From Mytilus californianus (lineage: Eukaryota): DNA of 64,000 nt. The position numbers and the translations under genes are program-made. Position 1 is the stretch's first letter, and each line of letters starts with the position of its first letter. Shown here piece after piece: positions 1-13,700 of the stretch. The notes under the pieces were generated by a model. That model saw only the letters and a program-made list of their open reading frames with translations, searched no databases and was not told where the DNA came from. Where the stretch lies: the NCBI RefSeq assembly GCF_021869535.1, contig NW_026262745.1:68448001-68512000 (forward strand), given 5' to 3'.

Positions 1-3000
1 TAAAACATAAACAAACACAGTTTTTCCCATCATCCTTTATTCTACAATAGTAATACTCGCATATGACAGTGAAAATAAACTGTCTGGATTCGCACTTTAT
101 ATATACACTGAACAGTGAACCTTATAACGTAATTATCACCCCGTTATTTTTCAAAGTTAAAACTACCTGACAACTGTGTGCTGTCTGTTGTCGATACATT
201 CATACATCCATGAATATGATCACACCTGAAATACGTAAGTTTCAGTCATTGTTCACATTAGAAAGTACAGAAAAGGGTTCGTGCTGCAAATGTTACGTTA
301 ATTTTTTCAAAATTAAATTGTTGCCTTTCAAATATCTTAAACTTATGTTTCATTGACCTTTTTTTTATTAACAATGAATTTATAATGTAAAGTGGATAAT
401 GTTACAAAATAATATCAACAATAAAGATGTCATGGGTTCTTTTTAATTGATAAAAAATACATTTCAGTAAGAAAATCATTATTTGAGGTTCTTACAAACC
501 TTTGATTTGCTGTACATAACAGACATTTATCAGCACATCGATATCCGTATCTTTTTCCAGAACAAGGCTCGCATGGCTCACCTTTTGATGATGTGTATCC
601 TATATCACATTCTTAAAATAAATGTAAATTTAGTGTTTATCATCATTTTTATAATAAATAAATGTATCAAATACTTTGTCGATATTTAATAATCTCACCA
701 GAGTCATGTCATTTTCTTTTGGCATTTTGTGTATCTCCTGTTACTAACAGTCCTGACTAGACATTATTACGAGTGGCTCTGACATCTCACGGAATTTTTA
801 TTACTTGGAACGTCAGGGCTCAGTCCCTATTGAAAACAAGTAAATTGCTAACCCAGACTTTGAGCTGAATTTCTTTTTTCTAAATAGCAAATAATCCATT
901 TCCTAGTTGACAAATCACTCATCGTTCTATTCCTTATTTATTTTACTCAAAGAAAATGTACTTTGGATTCACGTTCTAACCTTCAAACAAGCAATATTTC
1001 TCTCAAGAGATGATTTACTACCACATTGTTTCGTTTTACTAAACGTTATATGTATAAATCAAAGGGAATATATGAGTAAAACAAATAACTTTAAAATAGG
1101 TCGATATAGGATGTATGGACAGAGTTAGTGCCTCCTTCACGGCAAGCATCAACCACAATGGGAAGGTTGATTTGGCCAAATGGTAATGTACGTTATGCGA
1201 TATTGCATAATTTTGGTTTATGAGGATGTAAGACGGCGAAAGTAATTCTATTTTTCAGTTGAGACATACAACAACAATAAATGACAATGGATAGTGGACA
1301 AGCACAATGATTGATCCGGTAAAAACACCAGATAAAAAATCAAAGTTCTGATAATAAAAAAGTGAAATATGTGAATGTATTGTGAGTTACATTTATATTC
1401 ATCAGTTTTGTAAGATTCATATGACATTCAAGTTCCCTGGAGAGTTATTTACCCGATTGAAACTACAACTAAAAGCCAAGACTTTTAATGTAATATGCTT
1501 TCTCTAAAACAATTAGAACATTTACCTTGAAAAACCATCGTCACCAAATTTTTTGGGATGAATAAGCAAACAATATTTTTAAAGAGCATACAGTGTACAT
1601 ATGAGAAAGTCTTTCAACACATTTTTGTTGAACAATTTGGTTTATTCCAGATTTGCAATTAAAAACTGTAAATGATCTTACCAACACATGCTGTGCCTAT
1701 TTTTTCATAGCAGTCACAACAAAAATAGTCTTTATTATACACAGAATCTTCATTTGATCTGTAAATGATAAAAAGATAATATATTTGTATTTTCAAACGA
1801 AAGTGATGCACGATAAAAGAATAGATGAAAGAGGTGAAATTTGATGCATTTCAATGTTGTTTTTAGCTATTATTATACATGTTATAGTCTTCTCTTTTGT
1901 CATCCCAGAAGATGGTAGCTTTGTTGTGTTGAATCAGTGGTCAAGTGCCTAATTTACATATCTTGTGTGTGTCCACTGGTTTTCCTAATCACATTTTTCC
2001 TAATGATATCACCACTTGATCGATACAGCCATACACAAATTCAAAGTGTTTATAATTTGAAGTGTCATATAATTTGTTAATAATAATGCACTTTGTATTT
2101 GTTTTTCACGTTATCCCAACAAGTTCAATGCTGAAATATAATTATTGAATAAAAAAAACCTTGTGTAATATAAATTCCTTACCTTCGATCAACACCATGG
2201 AAACATATGTTTGCATAGCATGAAAGAAAAAAATAAACATTATACATGAATATCCAAATTGCCATATTGTGCGCAGTCACAGACTATAGTCATAAAGTCA
2301 TAAGCGAGATGTCAAAAAATCCCAACTTTTGTTTCCTGATACAAAATTTCAAGTGTTTTTTTTAATCAATTGAATGATCAATTGAAATTGTTACATGTTT
2401 AATTGATATATGTAATGTAATTGCATCTCGCTCCAAAAAAAATACCCCGCAATTTCATCAATTTACAACCTTAAAAGTGCAATTATTTCTAACGATTTTC
2501 AATTTACATGTTAGATAAATAGATGTGACCTTTTAATAATTGAGAAGGTTTACATAACTTACTGTATAACATGTATACATGTATCGGTTTAAACGTTTCA
2601 GTATGTTTATTTACCAGAACATAATTTGAACTGAATTTTGTCTGACAAAGGGAAGTAAAACCTTAACGTAATAATTTTCCACATCACCGATCAAACATAA
2701 ATAATATATGTATGTCAGAAAAGTTGGAGACGTACCAGTTAGGACGATTTTAAGAATCTAAGACTCCAACAGTTACTCCCTCGGACAAATTTGATCTTGG
2801 ATAAATATGCATGTTGAACATATTGTACCGTACACATTTACCTCGTTTTATTTTCTCTGCTATCCGCTTTCATTGTGGCATTTATATATATGACGGTATA
2901 ACCAGAGCAAAATCATTTAGCTTACAGTAACTAAGGAAAACTAAATCACATTCAAAAGAAAACGTTTTACCGTACATTTCAACTCACAACCCCAGAAATA

Positions 3001-3155
3001 GTGAAGCGTTTAATACTATATATAATTATTTACCATTTTTACAGAGAGGTTAAAATGGTTAAACTTTACAGAATCACGCTTATCACAAAAATGAAGTTGT
3101 CGCCATTAGTAACAATTATACTTTATACGTAATTAAATTTTATCATTTATTTCAG

Positions 3156-3227
3156 AACAATTCAAATTAAAACCTCAACTTTAGTATCACGAAAAACCTA
3201 CGTTTTTTTTAGAACAATTAAATGTAG
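3156..3227 (+). other. Possible 5'-UTR exon of gene 1; a further upstream donor is possible at 235
   Basis: Acceptor ttatttcag| and donor TAG|gtatgc; ATAC|gtaagt at 235. Splice motifs only, no coding support. Confidence 0.25.
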
Positions 3228-4234
3228 GTATGCAACGCATTGTATACCAAGTGACTATAAGTACAAACGACAATTTAAGCGTTATTTCCATTGATGTCAC
3301 TACAAAAAAGCGTGAAAAGACCAACGTTCTAATATATTTCAAGATGTTTTCCGAAATTCCAAAACAATGGAATGTGTTAAGGATTTTTCTGTCGAACAAA
3401 AGGGCTTATCATGCATTTTGGAATGACATTTCATAGGCAGGTACCAAAACTTTTATGTCTGCTAAGTGTTAGTTAATTATTATTTTTTTTTTTTTATTAT
3501 TTCGGTATGTACGAAACACATCTACCACCTGTATGATTTATGACGTTAATATATTTAAAACAATCACCTGATATACCTGCAGTTTAATACAATCAAGTCA
3601 TTTTATTTTGAAATATATTATATTACTGGCTGGTTAACTTCAATCAAAATCAATAGGCGAGTAAAACTGTATGAATAAAGAAGCATTGTAACGATTTCAT
3701 ATATCAACTGCTTTCAATAATTAATCGTGTCATATAATCAATACAAAGTAAAACGTAAATAGCCTTGTAAAGATTTTATCTAAAACTTTTTCAATATGTA
3801 TTATACAGGGATTTAATTAGAGAAATATTGAAGACATGTTTTTGGTGTTTTTGAAGCAGGTAAAGTAGAAAACTACACATTCAAACAATTCTTTTGGGAT
3901 CATTTTTTTTTAATTCTATAAAGAAATACAAAGCATTGACATAATTTATATGATAAACGTGTCTGGTAAATTTTAAGTTTACATGTTATCAAAACGTATT
4001 ATTTTAAAGTCGAACATCTCTCCATTAGAACGGATGTATGACAATTTTACCTTCTTGATGTCCTGAATGTGCATACGATATTAAATGTGGTGTGAGTTTA
4101 AATTTCCGATGTTGAGGTCTTTATATCCCGAATCTAGCTATAAAACACTAAAATAAGTATCACACATCATTAACTTTTGTAGAATTTCCGAATAGGACTC
4201 TCTTCTTTATTAATTTAATGTCTTTTTTACAGAA

Positions 4235-4258
4235 ATGCTAATTTGTCATGATATCCAG
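4235..4258 (+). CDS. Gene 1 exon 1 (start codon, MLICHDIQ)
   Basis: Acceptor ttttttacag ends at 4232, ATG at 4235, donor CAG|GTGATT at 4259. Phase 0 joins ILLLLVIIDIGMG to give a signal-peptide-like N-terminus. Confidence 0.55.
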
Positions 4259-4706
4259 GTGATTTGCTTTACATGTTTTTGCAAGATCAAGCTACGACGA
4301 TTAAATCATATAAGTTGCGTCACGTGATCAAAATGAAGATTAAACAGTGATCTTATGTACGTTGTTCCATATTTCAGTATTTTCCTGAATTCAATATTTT
4401 ATAGAATATCGGGTCAAGGAAAACATACAGTTTTCGTTTCATGTCTCATTCTGTGATAAAGATAAAGATACAAGTTAATCCAGAGAAGCACTTCGGACGC
4501 TTAAAAATTTCATAAGGTGTGATTTACATTATGGACTATTATATTATTGGGAGTTCAAGGTAATCATTAGAGTAGTTTCTGCTGATATATTTTATATCAA
4601 TTCGATGTGTGCACAAAAATGAGATTTTTAAAGCTTTTAATATTGAAAACACATTTATATGTTGTCGAAGGCCATATAAGGAACTCTTGTCCGTTCATGT
4701 TATTTC

Positions 4707-4742
<36 letters not shown>

Positions 4743-7700
4743 TTTTGACATTACGTCTGGCTTGTTTTTATAAATATCGAATTTTAAACATTAAATCCTA
4801 TTGCAAACGTTTCAAGCTGTCAGTTGTCTAAGGACTTCGATTTTAGGCCGATCTGTCTCAAAGCAAAATGTCCAGCTACGATATGTGTCGTTTACGCTAC
4901 ATTTTCGCTTTATATCTTGTTGAAAAAATTATGATGCATGACTATTATTTTCATTTTTGCCCCGCGAATCCCCTTTCTAAATGATCACCATCAATTTTAT
5001 CAGCAATCAAAACCGGATTTCAAACTTTTTGTGAAACTACGTACTCAAGGACTTGTGTGAATCAGATATGGATACTTAAAAATTCTAAACATCTGTTGGG
5101 AGTACATACAATCTAAGTTTCTTTCCTATTTAAAAAATATCAAAACATTAACTTGTCTAAAAACAAGTATTCCACATTCAAAACTAAATGACAAATTACA
5201 AGAATTAGTTCTGCTTTGTTTAAAAAAAAGACAACGACCAACGTACATACAATAAAATAATAAATGGAAACGAGGAATGTGACAAAGAGACAACAACCCG
5301 ACCAAAGAACAGCAAACAGCCAAAGGCCACCAATGGGTCTTCAAAACAACGAGAAAATTCCGCAACCGGAGGCGGGCTTCAGCTAACCCCTTTACAAAAA
5401 TGTGTACTAGTTTAGAGAAAATGGACGTCACGCTAAACTCTGAAACATATAAATGAACTGAAATTAAAAAACATACAAGACTTACAATGGCCAGAGGTTC
5501 CTGACTTGGGACAGGCACAAAAATGCGGTGGGTTTAACATGTTTTGTGAGATCTCATCCCTCCCCCTACACCTATAGCCAATGTAGAATAAACAAACACA
5601 CAGCAATACGCACAAAAAACTCAGTTTAAAGAAGTCTGAGTCCGATGTTAGAATAGGTAACAAAAGAAAAAAAGCAAAATGACACTGATAACATAAACTA
5701 ACACAGGACTACTAGCAGTTACTGACATGCCAGCTCCAGACCTCATTTAAACTGATTGAAAGAGTATGTCTCCATCATATGAAGATCAAGCACAAATCCT
5801 CCCGCTAGGGGTTTTGTATCATACAATTATAATTTTGACTTACATTTAGACATTGATAATGATGGTCAGTTGAGAACAAAACTTTACGACTAAATTGATG
5901 ATTTCAGCTTTCCAAATATGAACTTTACATTTATATGCATTTGTTCAGCGCCTGCATATGGAGTATAAATCTCCCATTTAATATGATAGCTCAGAATTTG
6001 CATTTCCTTTCATGATTTCCTTGATATTTTGACATTCCACCAGTTCATGTTTTTCTCTGACTGCTGATGACGTCTTTACACTAAATCCCAGTCGGAAATG
6101 TACTGATTGATATTTTAGTCTTAGATACATGATTTTTTTATTAGTCGTTTTTGGTTTTGAAATAGCTATCAGTAACTGCGAGTACTCTCAGATCTGTACT
6201 TAGTGTCTTTTTTGTTGTTTAAGATGAGGAGTGGATAAATACCCTGCCATGTCCGGTCTGTGTTTTTTTTTTTTTTTATGTTTTACTGCTTTGTATCGTT
6301 CTGATGAGTTAAGCCTTTTTCAACTGATTTTTATAGTTTGTTCCAATGTTGAGCTATTATACCACTGTCCTGTGTTTAGTTGGGGGGGGGGGTGTTGAAC
6401 GCTCATAAACCTGTTTAACCCCGCCACATTCTTCAAGTGCCTGCCCCAAGGCAGGAGCCTGCAGTTCAGTGGTTGTCGTTGGTTCATGTCTGTCATATCT
6501 ATTTTTCATTTCGAGGCCTTTTATAGCCAACTATACGGTATGGGTTTTTCTCATTGTTGAAGGCTGTACGGTTGCCTATAATTGATTACATCCACTTCAT
6601 TTGAACTTTGGTGGATAGTTGTCTCATTGGTAATCATACTTCATTTCCTTATTTTTACATATTACCTGAAAAGGCAGTACGAAAAATATGAAAACTTAAT
6701 TGCTTTAAAATCGAATGTGATTTTCATCGAATTTCCGATTCAACAGAGGTAAATATTGTTTTACGGTGCACAAATAGAGTCGTATATTCTATATTAATAG
6801 ACTTAAACAGAAGTCATACATCTATGAAATTACGCATCAGTGTTTCTTTTCGTTTCAAATTTACGCATGGTTTATATCCGCTGCATTGTAAGGTTTCAAT
6901 TCGATCAGTGGTTTCCCTCTTTTCATTTCTGGAGAACATATCAAATGACTATATCTTTAATTAAAACAATGTACAAGGCTTAGGAACAGCTATATATCAT
7001 ATGTCCAGTCCAGAACTCACACAATTTTGTTTTAGACAATGTATACTTAAGCTCATAAAACTGTTTCTAATAAACGGCAATCTATATCTTATATGGCACA
7101 GATACAACGCTATCGAAACACATTACCATCGTAACAAATTTAGTCAACAGTAGTTTACCAATGTTCAAATTCATAAATCGATTAAAAGGATTCAAATTGA
7201 GGTTAAACAAAAACTTAGGTAATTAAATTAACTCTAAAAGGAGCACCGGTAGGGTAAGCATCTCCATGCTATACATGCAGTGCCACCTTGCAAATGCATT
7301 CTCAGGCAAAGCTTTACAAGTGAAAATAGTGTACACTTACAGATTAGACGAATATTTTGGATTCAATTCACATGAGCAATACGTAGGATGCTACATGTTC
7401 AGCTAGAACTGCTTAACCTATGGGATCACATGAGTTAGGGTTCGTTTTCTTCACCCGTTAACTTTCTGTATTTTGTTTTGCTATAATTGTTTCAATGACG
7501 ATTGACATTAAGTATGTTCTCTCTTTTTTCTCACTATTTGAAATGTATAGTCTGTTAGACCTTCAGCAAAAATCAATGTTGGTAATGTCTAATGAATACC
7601 AAAGTGTCAAATCACTATAAATGATAGGAGGATACCTAATTAAAAGCGAAGTGGAATTATTTTTAAATGTGTACTTTGTTAGATTGCTAATAAGAATTAC

Positions 7701-10700
7701 TAGATTTTAAATTATAAAACAAAAACATAAAAAGTAATTACTTCACATTCATTAAATGTCTACTTCCATATCTGATATCTCCCATTTGAATTATAGTTAT
7801 CATATTTATTTTGTTCTATTTAACTTGAAATTTCTAGATGACATGTGTCAGGTATTTTCAAAACGCGTTAATGGTAGCTGGTACAATAAACTACTATTAA
7901 TAAGCTTTTTTTTATGTCAGTTTTTATATATTCAATATAGTAGTAACTATCTTATCATTTCCAAGGTACTCGTATGATTTCGAACGAAAACACAACCTGT
8001 CTTATAAAGTTTATGTTTTAGCTAATGACTGATGTTACCGTTCTCAGTGCATCTTAAAAAAATTATAAAGAAACCACCAAACCTAGTAAGTACGACATAT
8101 ACGCGTTTCATCTTCACTAGGATCAACAGTTGCACTCGAATTGACAATTATGGTTAACATCAATTACGAATCAAAGACGAAGAACAATGAAAACCACAAA
8201 AAAAACAAATGCGGTGACAAATCATGTAAAGGTGACCTTGGGTAGAAAACCTTCTAAATGAGAAGGTCCGGTAAGGGCTAGTTTTGACCTAATATTCGAA
8301 GTACATTTAATGAAAGATTTTTGACATTTTTTAAACACTTTAGTGTCTACTTCAGTCGATTCAATTCGTTTATGTAAAAGATTTGAACTGATTTGGTCAT
8401 TAAAGACGCTCGAAATTAAGCTTAGATATGAAAAATCAATAAAAAATGCCATAAAACGTCATTTTTCAGATGGTTTTTGTCTAAAATAGAAATGGCTGCA
8501 ATTGTGTTCAGTATCAAACTTTATATATGTTATGTATTATTACCAAATACAACATATATTTAAATATTAAGACTGACTCAAATGCGGCCACTTCCATTTC
8601 AGACAAAAACCGTCTTAAAATTAGCACAAATGCTAAAATTGTGAAGATTTCAGTAATATTGCACGTATTAATGATGCTATTACCTGATGCATGTGCATTG
8701 TGTTGTCAAAAACAGCCCATATTTATGGAACAGAAGTGCCCTTTTTTCCAATAAATAGCTAAAAGTTAACATTTCAACCAATTTGTAAAAATGCTACATT
8801 TTGGGCCAAAAAAGGGGTCTTACCGGGCCTACTCCTTTAACATTCTTCAACAAAATATTTACAGAAGAAGACTGTACCACTCGTATTTCATGTAACAAAA
8901 AGAAAGACTTTTAAAGTTTCCGAAAGTGTTACATATCTTACGATAAAATGTGGTTGTTTGTTATTGTTGAATGCATAAAGAAATGTTCATCATACATAGA
9001 ATTATTCGAGTGCACCGACGACTTTTGCATTGTTCAAACAAATATGAATGCAGAATTTTGATGATTTAAAATAATTTATAATATTATTGTTGTCGGATGG
9101 TATGTTTGCTCCGTGTTTTTAATTGGGTTTTCAAGTTTCAGACACACAAATCTATCAGTTTTATATAATAAAAAAGAAAACCTATAGTTTTTTGAACCAA
9201 TTTAAAAAAATAATATTTCTGTTGCAAAGAAGTTTTTATCATACCTGTCAACCTCTTACGATGGCAAAACATTTTTAGTGTAATTAACTGGTCATAAGAG
9301 TAAATAAATTCTGTTTTAAGGGATTTAACTAGACAAAAGCCATACTTGGTCCATTAATAACGCATACGAAGACCTTAAAAATAAGTTTAAAGCCTTACAA
9401 CTATTTATAAGAAAAAAAATGTCAAAATGACCACAGGCGCTTGTTGTATAGACCCCCCTTTCTGTGTGTTTAATTTTTATTAATTATTATGAGTAAAATA
9501 TTCAATTTTCTATGTTTGTACCACTTATCTATTACTACTGCGTATGTCTCGTCTATATTTCGAGTGAATTTACCATCACTGTTACAACCCCTTATTTTAC
9601 TATCCATACTTAAAACAACATTTTAGTATGGATATCAAACCATGTCAGAGGAGATGCAATGATTAAGTGCATACTGGATAGGATTAAGTCCAAAGACCCG
9701 TTACTTTAGAAAATTTATGGACCGCAACAAACTTCGTCTGACATGGTTTGTTTGATACACATACTATTGTGTAGATTTTTGAAGTACGTTTCACCGATCT
9801 GAGTATTTCAAATATCATTGATTTCATAAAAATACTCAGAAAGCAAATACTATGATTGATAAGAATAGTATTTAGATGATGATACGTCAACCTTTGTTTT
9901 GCTAAACTCATGTGAGAAAACAGGGTATTTCTGTTCTTCCCAAGCGGCTGGTCTTTGTATTAAAGTGACACCTCACATCCACGTATTCCAACATCAATCC
10001 GAATTCCGACAGCAAAAAATCTTATTCGGCATATCTTGCATAAAATACACCGATTAAATGAATAGGATTTAGTAAAAATCAATAAATATTGGTTTAACAT
10101 TGATAACATAATGCCGCCATGTCGGCCAATCATATCTCAGATTTGTACTGTCACAGAATTTATTGGACGCTATATCGATTATTTTTTAGTACCTATGGTA
10201 CAAAAACAACACACTTATATAAAGGATACGTCTGATCTAATATACAAGTTGGAAAGGATTAAGCCTAATGCAGATTGCTGGCTGTGTAGCTTTGATGTAG
10301 TATCAATGTACACTAATTGCCAGATTAATGAATTATTATCGGCAGTTAGAATTTCGTATGATCAGTTTGATAAATCAGATTACAAAATCAAATGCCCACC
10401 TACGGATGATTTAATCTATCTCCCCAGATCAATTTTAGAGAACAACATTTTTGATTTTAATGGACAGCTTTATAAGCAAAATATAGGCGCCGCGATAGGA
10501 GCAGTGCCAATCCCGGAAATCTGTGATATACTCATGTATAAAATTATGAAAGAAATTCTTTCAAAGTTTGAACATAGAAAAAATATCTTTTTCTATGGAA
10601 GGTATCGTGATGATATTATATTAATATATCACGGCGACTGGAAGGAAATAAAGGATTTGTTAGAGTTAGCAAATAGTCCTCATATGTTCCTGAAATTCAC

Positions 10701-13700
10701 ACTAGAAATTTTATCTAAAAAAATAATATTTCTTGATGTTAATATTTTCAAAAAAAACTAGGTTTTTTTAATGAAAATATCTTGGATGTGAAAACACACT
10801 TTAAACCGACAAATGCCTTCCTTTATCTAGATCGTAAAAGCTGTCACAGTCAACACGTGTTTGCAGGGTTTATCAAGGGCAAAGTTATCAGATACATTAG
10901 AACAACAAATAATGATGTTGATTTACAATATATTTTGTTACAGTTCAGATTGAACTTAATAAATAGAGGATACAAGGAGATTGAAATCGGAAAGTACATA
11001 AATGAGGCATTATAATGTAATAGATCTGATTTAATAAAAAAAAAAAAAAGCCAAAAAACACACAAAGGAAATGCCTTTAGTATTGGCAACGAAATTCAAT
11101 CCATGCATTCATAAATTAAAACAACGCATTAGTAAACATTGGTTTGCAACGAAATATTTTTTTCAGGCAAACCAATAATAGCTTATAAAAAGCATAAAAA
11201 TATAGCAGATCTATTGACAACGACAAAATTAAAATGAATTGATAAGTAAATCCCTGATGATGGCAGGCCTACAATGCTTAAACCCATTCATAAATGTTAT
11301 ACATTTATCATTAGCATATAATACAAAAACCGACGAAACACTAGATTAGTGTCGGATTGATGTAAAGCAATTGCAAGTCTAGTAATACTAGCATCATGTG
11401 ATCAATATTTTGTAATATAATTACAATAAAATACTGATGGTATGTATACGGAGTCTTCCGAATAAGATTTTTTTGCTTTCGGAATTCGGATTGATGTTGG
11501 AATACGTGGATGCTAGGTGTCACTGTTATACAAAATCCTGAGGATGATTAAGGGGGCCCCGTAAATTTTAGGGAATGGAAAGGGAGGTATTCAATTTTTC
11601 AATACTCCAGATGGGGGGGATAATAGGCATCGAAAAAAATTTACAAGATTTAAGCTGTTCTGTATTTCAAACATGAACAAATTGTAGCTAATTTGATGAA
11701 TATACTCTAAATCAGTATCTGATTATTCAACAGAAGTGTCTAACACTTAATTCAGATGTCATATCTATAAATATAGTGTCATAATGTTTGACTTCAAACT
11801 TCATTATAACTTTCCATAAAATATAACACTTATAATATTAAAAGTTGTTTCCTTACATGATTTAATAATCGCAAAACTCATGATTGAGCATAAATTTCGA
11901 TGGTTCAAGATGACATCTAGGAGTTAAATGTGGCATTTTTAATGCGTCTTAACGTGAATAATTTTCCTTTATGAACTCAGGGTATTGTGTCAGGCCACCC
12001 ACTCCCAACGCTTCCCCTTACAATAAAAAAATGTTTTTTGGAGGAAAGACATACATTTTTTCTATAGTTAACTTCAATATCTATGCTATCATCCTTTTCT
12101 TACCCTTAAAACTCATTAAGACCCCTTTTGGAACCCCAATTTTTAAAGCAGAGTCTTGGATATTGAGTGCATCATTTTTTCTTTTGTAGAAAACATTGAA
12201 TTATTAAAGTGAGGAGTTAGATACAGATACAGGTAATATCTTCTTTAACCTACATGGAGACGATGCGAATTACTATACTTCAACCAGCGTTTTTATGTTA
12301 GATTTATACATTACTATGTATAAAACAGCAGCTCCCGTTTCGTACGATTCGTCAAGTTACGCTTTCGTAAGTTCGTTCGTCAATATCCTGGTCATCTCTA
12401 TTACGCGTATGTTGAAATTGTATTTATTTAAATTATCTATTTTTTTAGATATTACTGTTGTTAGTGATCATTGATATTGGAATGGGAATACAATGTCCGG
12501 ATTCATCGCAATGGAAATTGAGGACAAAAGGAATTTGCAACACGGTAGAGCCGTGGTATTATTGTTTATTTGATGAAAATTCTTTGAAGTATAAAGAGTT
12601 CTGCAGAAACAAACAAGATTTTCATAAGCCAGGTATTGTGATTCCGTGTGTATGTGGTTTCTTTTTATTCATATATTAGTCTGTGTCTGCGATAATTTAC
12701 ATGTTATATTTATCTATATTATATTTAGTATCTTTTGACAACATTCTATTCAAATGATAATTACTTTTTAAAAAGTTCTCCCTTTAAAAGAATGTCACAA
12801 GGCCGTTAATTTAATATAATTAAATCAAGGATGTTCGCTGCTTTGTTTCCAAATAATAAGCTTTTGAAAATTCTATTAGAAATTGATAGTCTATAAATAA
12901 CGGAACAAAAAAAGAAGATAAAATTGAATGGTCCGTATCTTTGTTTTTGAGACATACATGTAAGCTTTGGAAAATTGTGCGGGAAATGATTCTTTCTAGA
13001 TTCTATAGTATATTGCACACCCTTTTTCTATCAAAAACCATGACAAAATAACAAGAATATTTTCGATTTTTACTAATGCCTATATGAAATAAAATTATGA
13101 AACGAAAAGTAGGGGTTAGCGGGCAAAACGTTTTAATGGCACTACATGGTAAATTCAGAGGATTCTGAAATATTACAAAAAGTAAAAAACAAGACAGCCG
13201 AACATCCTTAAAAAAATAAAAACAACGTTATAAATTTATTGCATCCGAAGCGTTTTTCTGGATTTACCTTCATCAGGAACGCTGATCCATCTAAGGTCAA
13301 CTTTGCCTGAGGGAGTTAAAAACCTTATTTTCTTTATAATTTCAACATTTATCAACGGACAACTTTAAAAAGGTTTGTATTAAATCAGGTCAGTACCGAA
13401 TTACCGACTTCTGGGCTGATGATACCCTCGAAGGCCTGCTTGTCCTCAAACAGAGGTATCGGCCCAGTGCTGTAAAAAAAGAAACAACACGTTATACATT
13501 CCATGCGTCCGAAGTGCTTTTCTAGATTTACTTTCATCAAGAACGCTTACCAGGCCGAAAATTAGAAAGCCAAGGATGTTTTAGAATCGAAATAGTTGAA
13601 GAGCTATATGATCAAACAGGACCTACAAAGATATCCAAATTTATCTAATGTCAATATTGCCTGAAGGAGTTGAAACCTTAGTTTTTGCATAACTTCAAAA

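Noticed and set aside
5126-5663. ORFs of 130 and 76 aa, and similar ORFs at 34892-35096, 54719-54973, 56832-57147 and 58789-58992
   Set aside because: They lie in multi-copy non-coding repeat tails and show no domain signal.
11235-11250. Selenocysteine read-through of the PLE TGA into a hidden endonuclease
   Set aside because: TAA follows three codons later, and no GIY-YIG motif was seen downstream.
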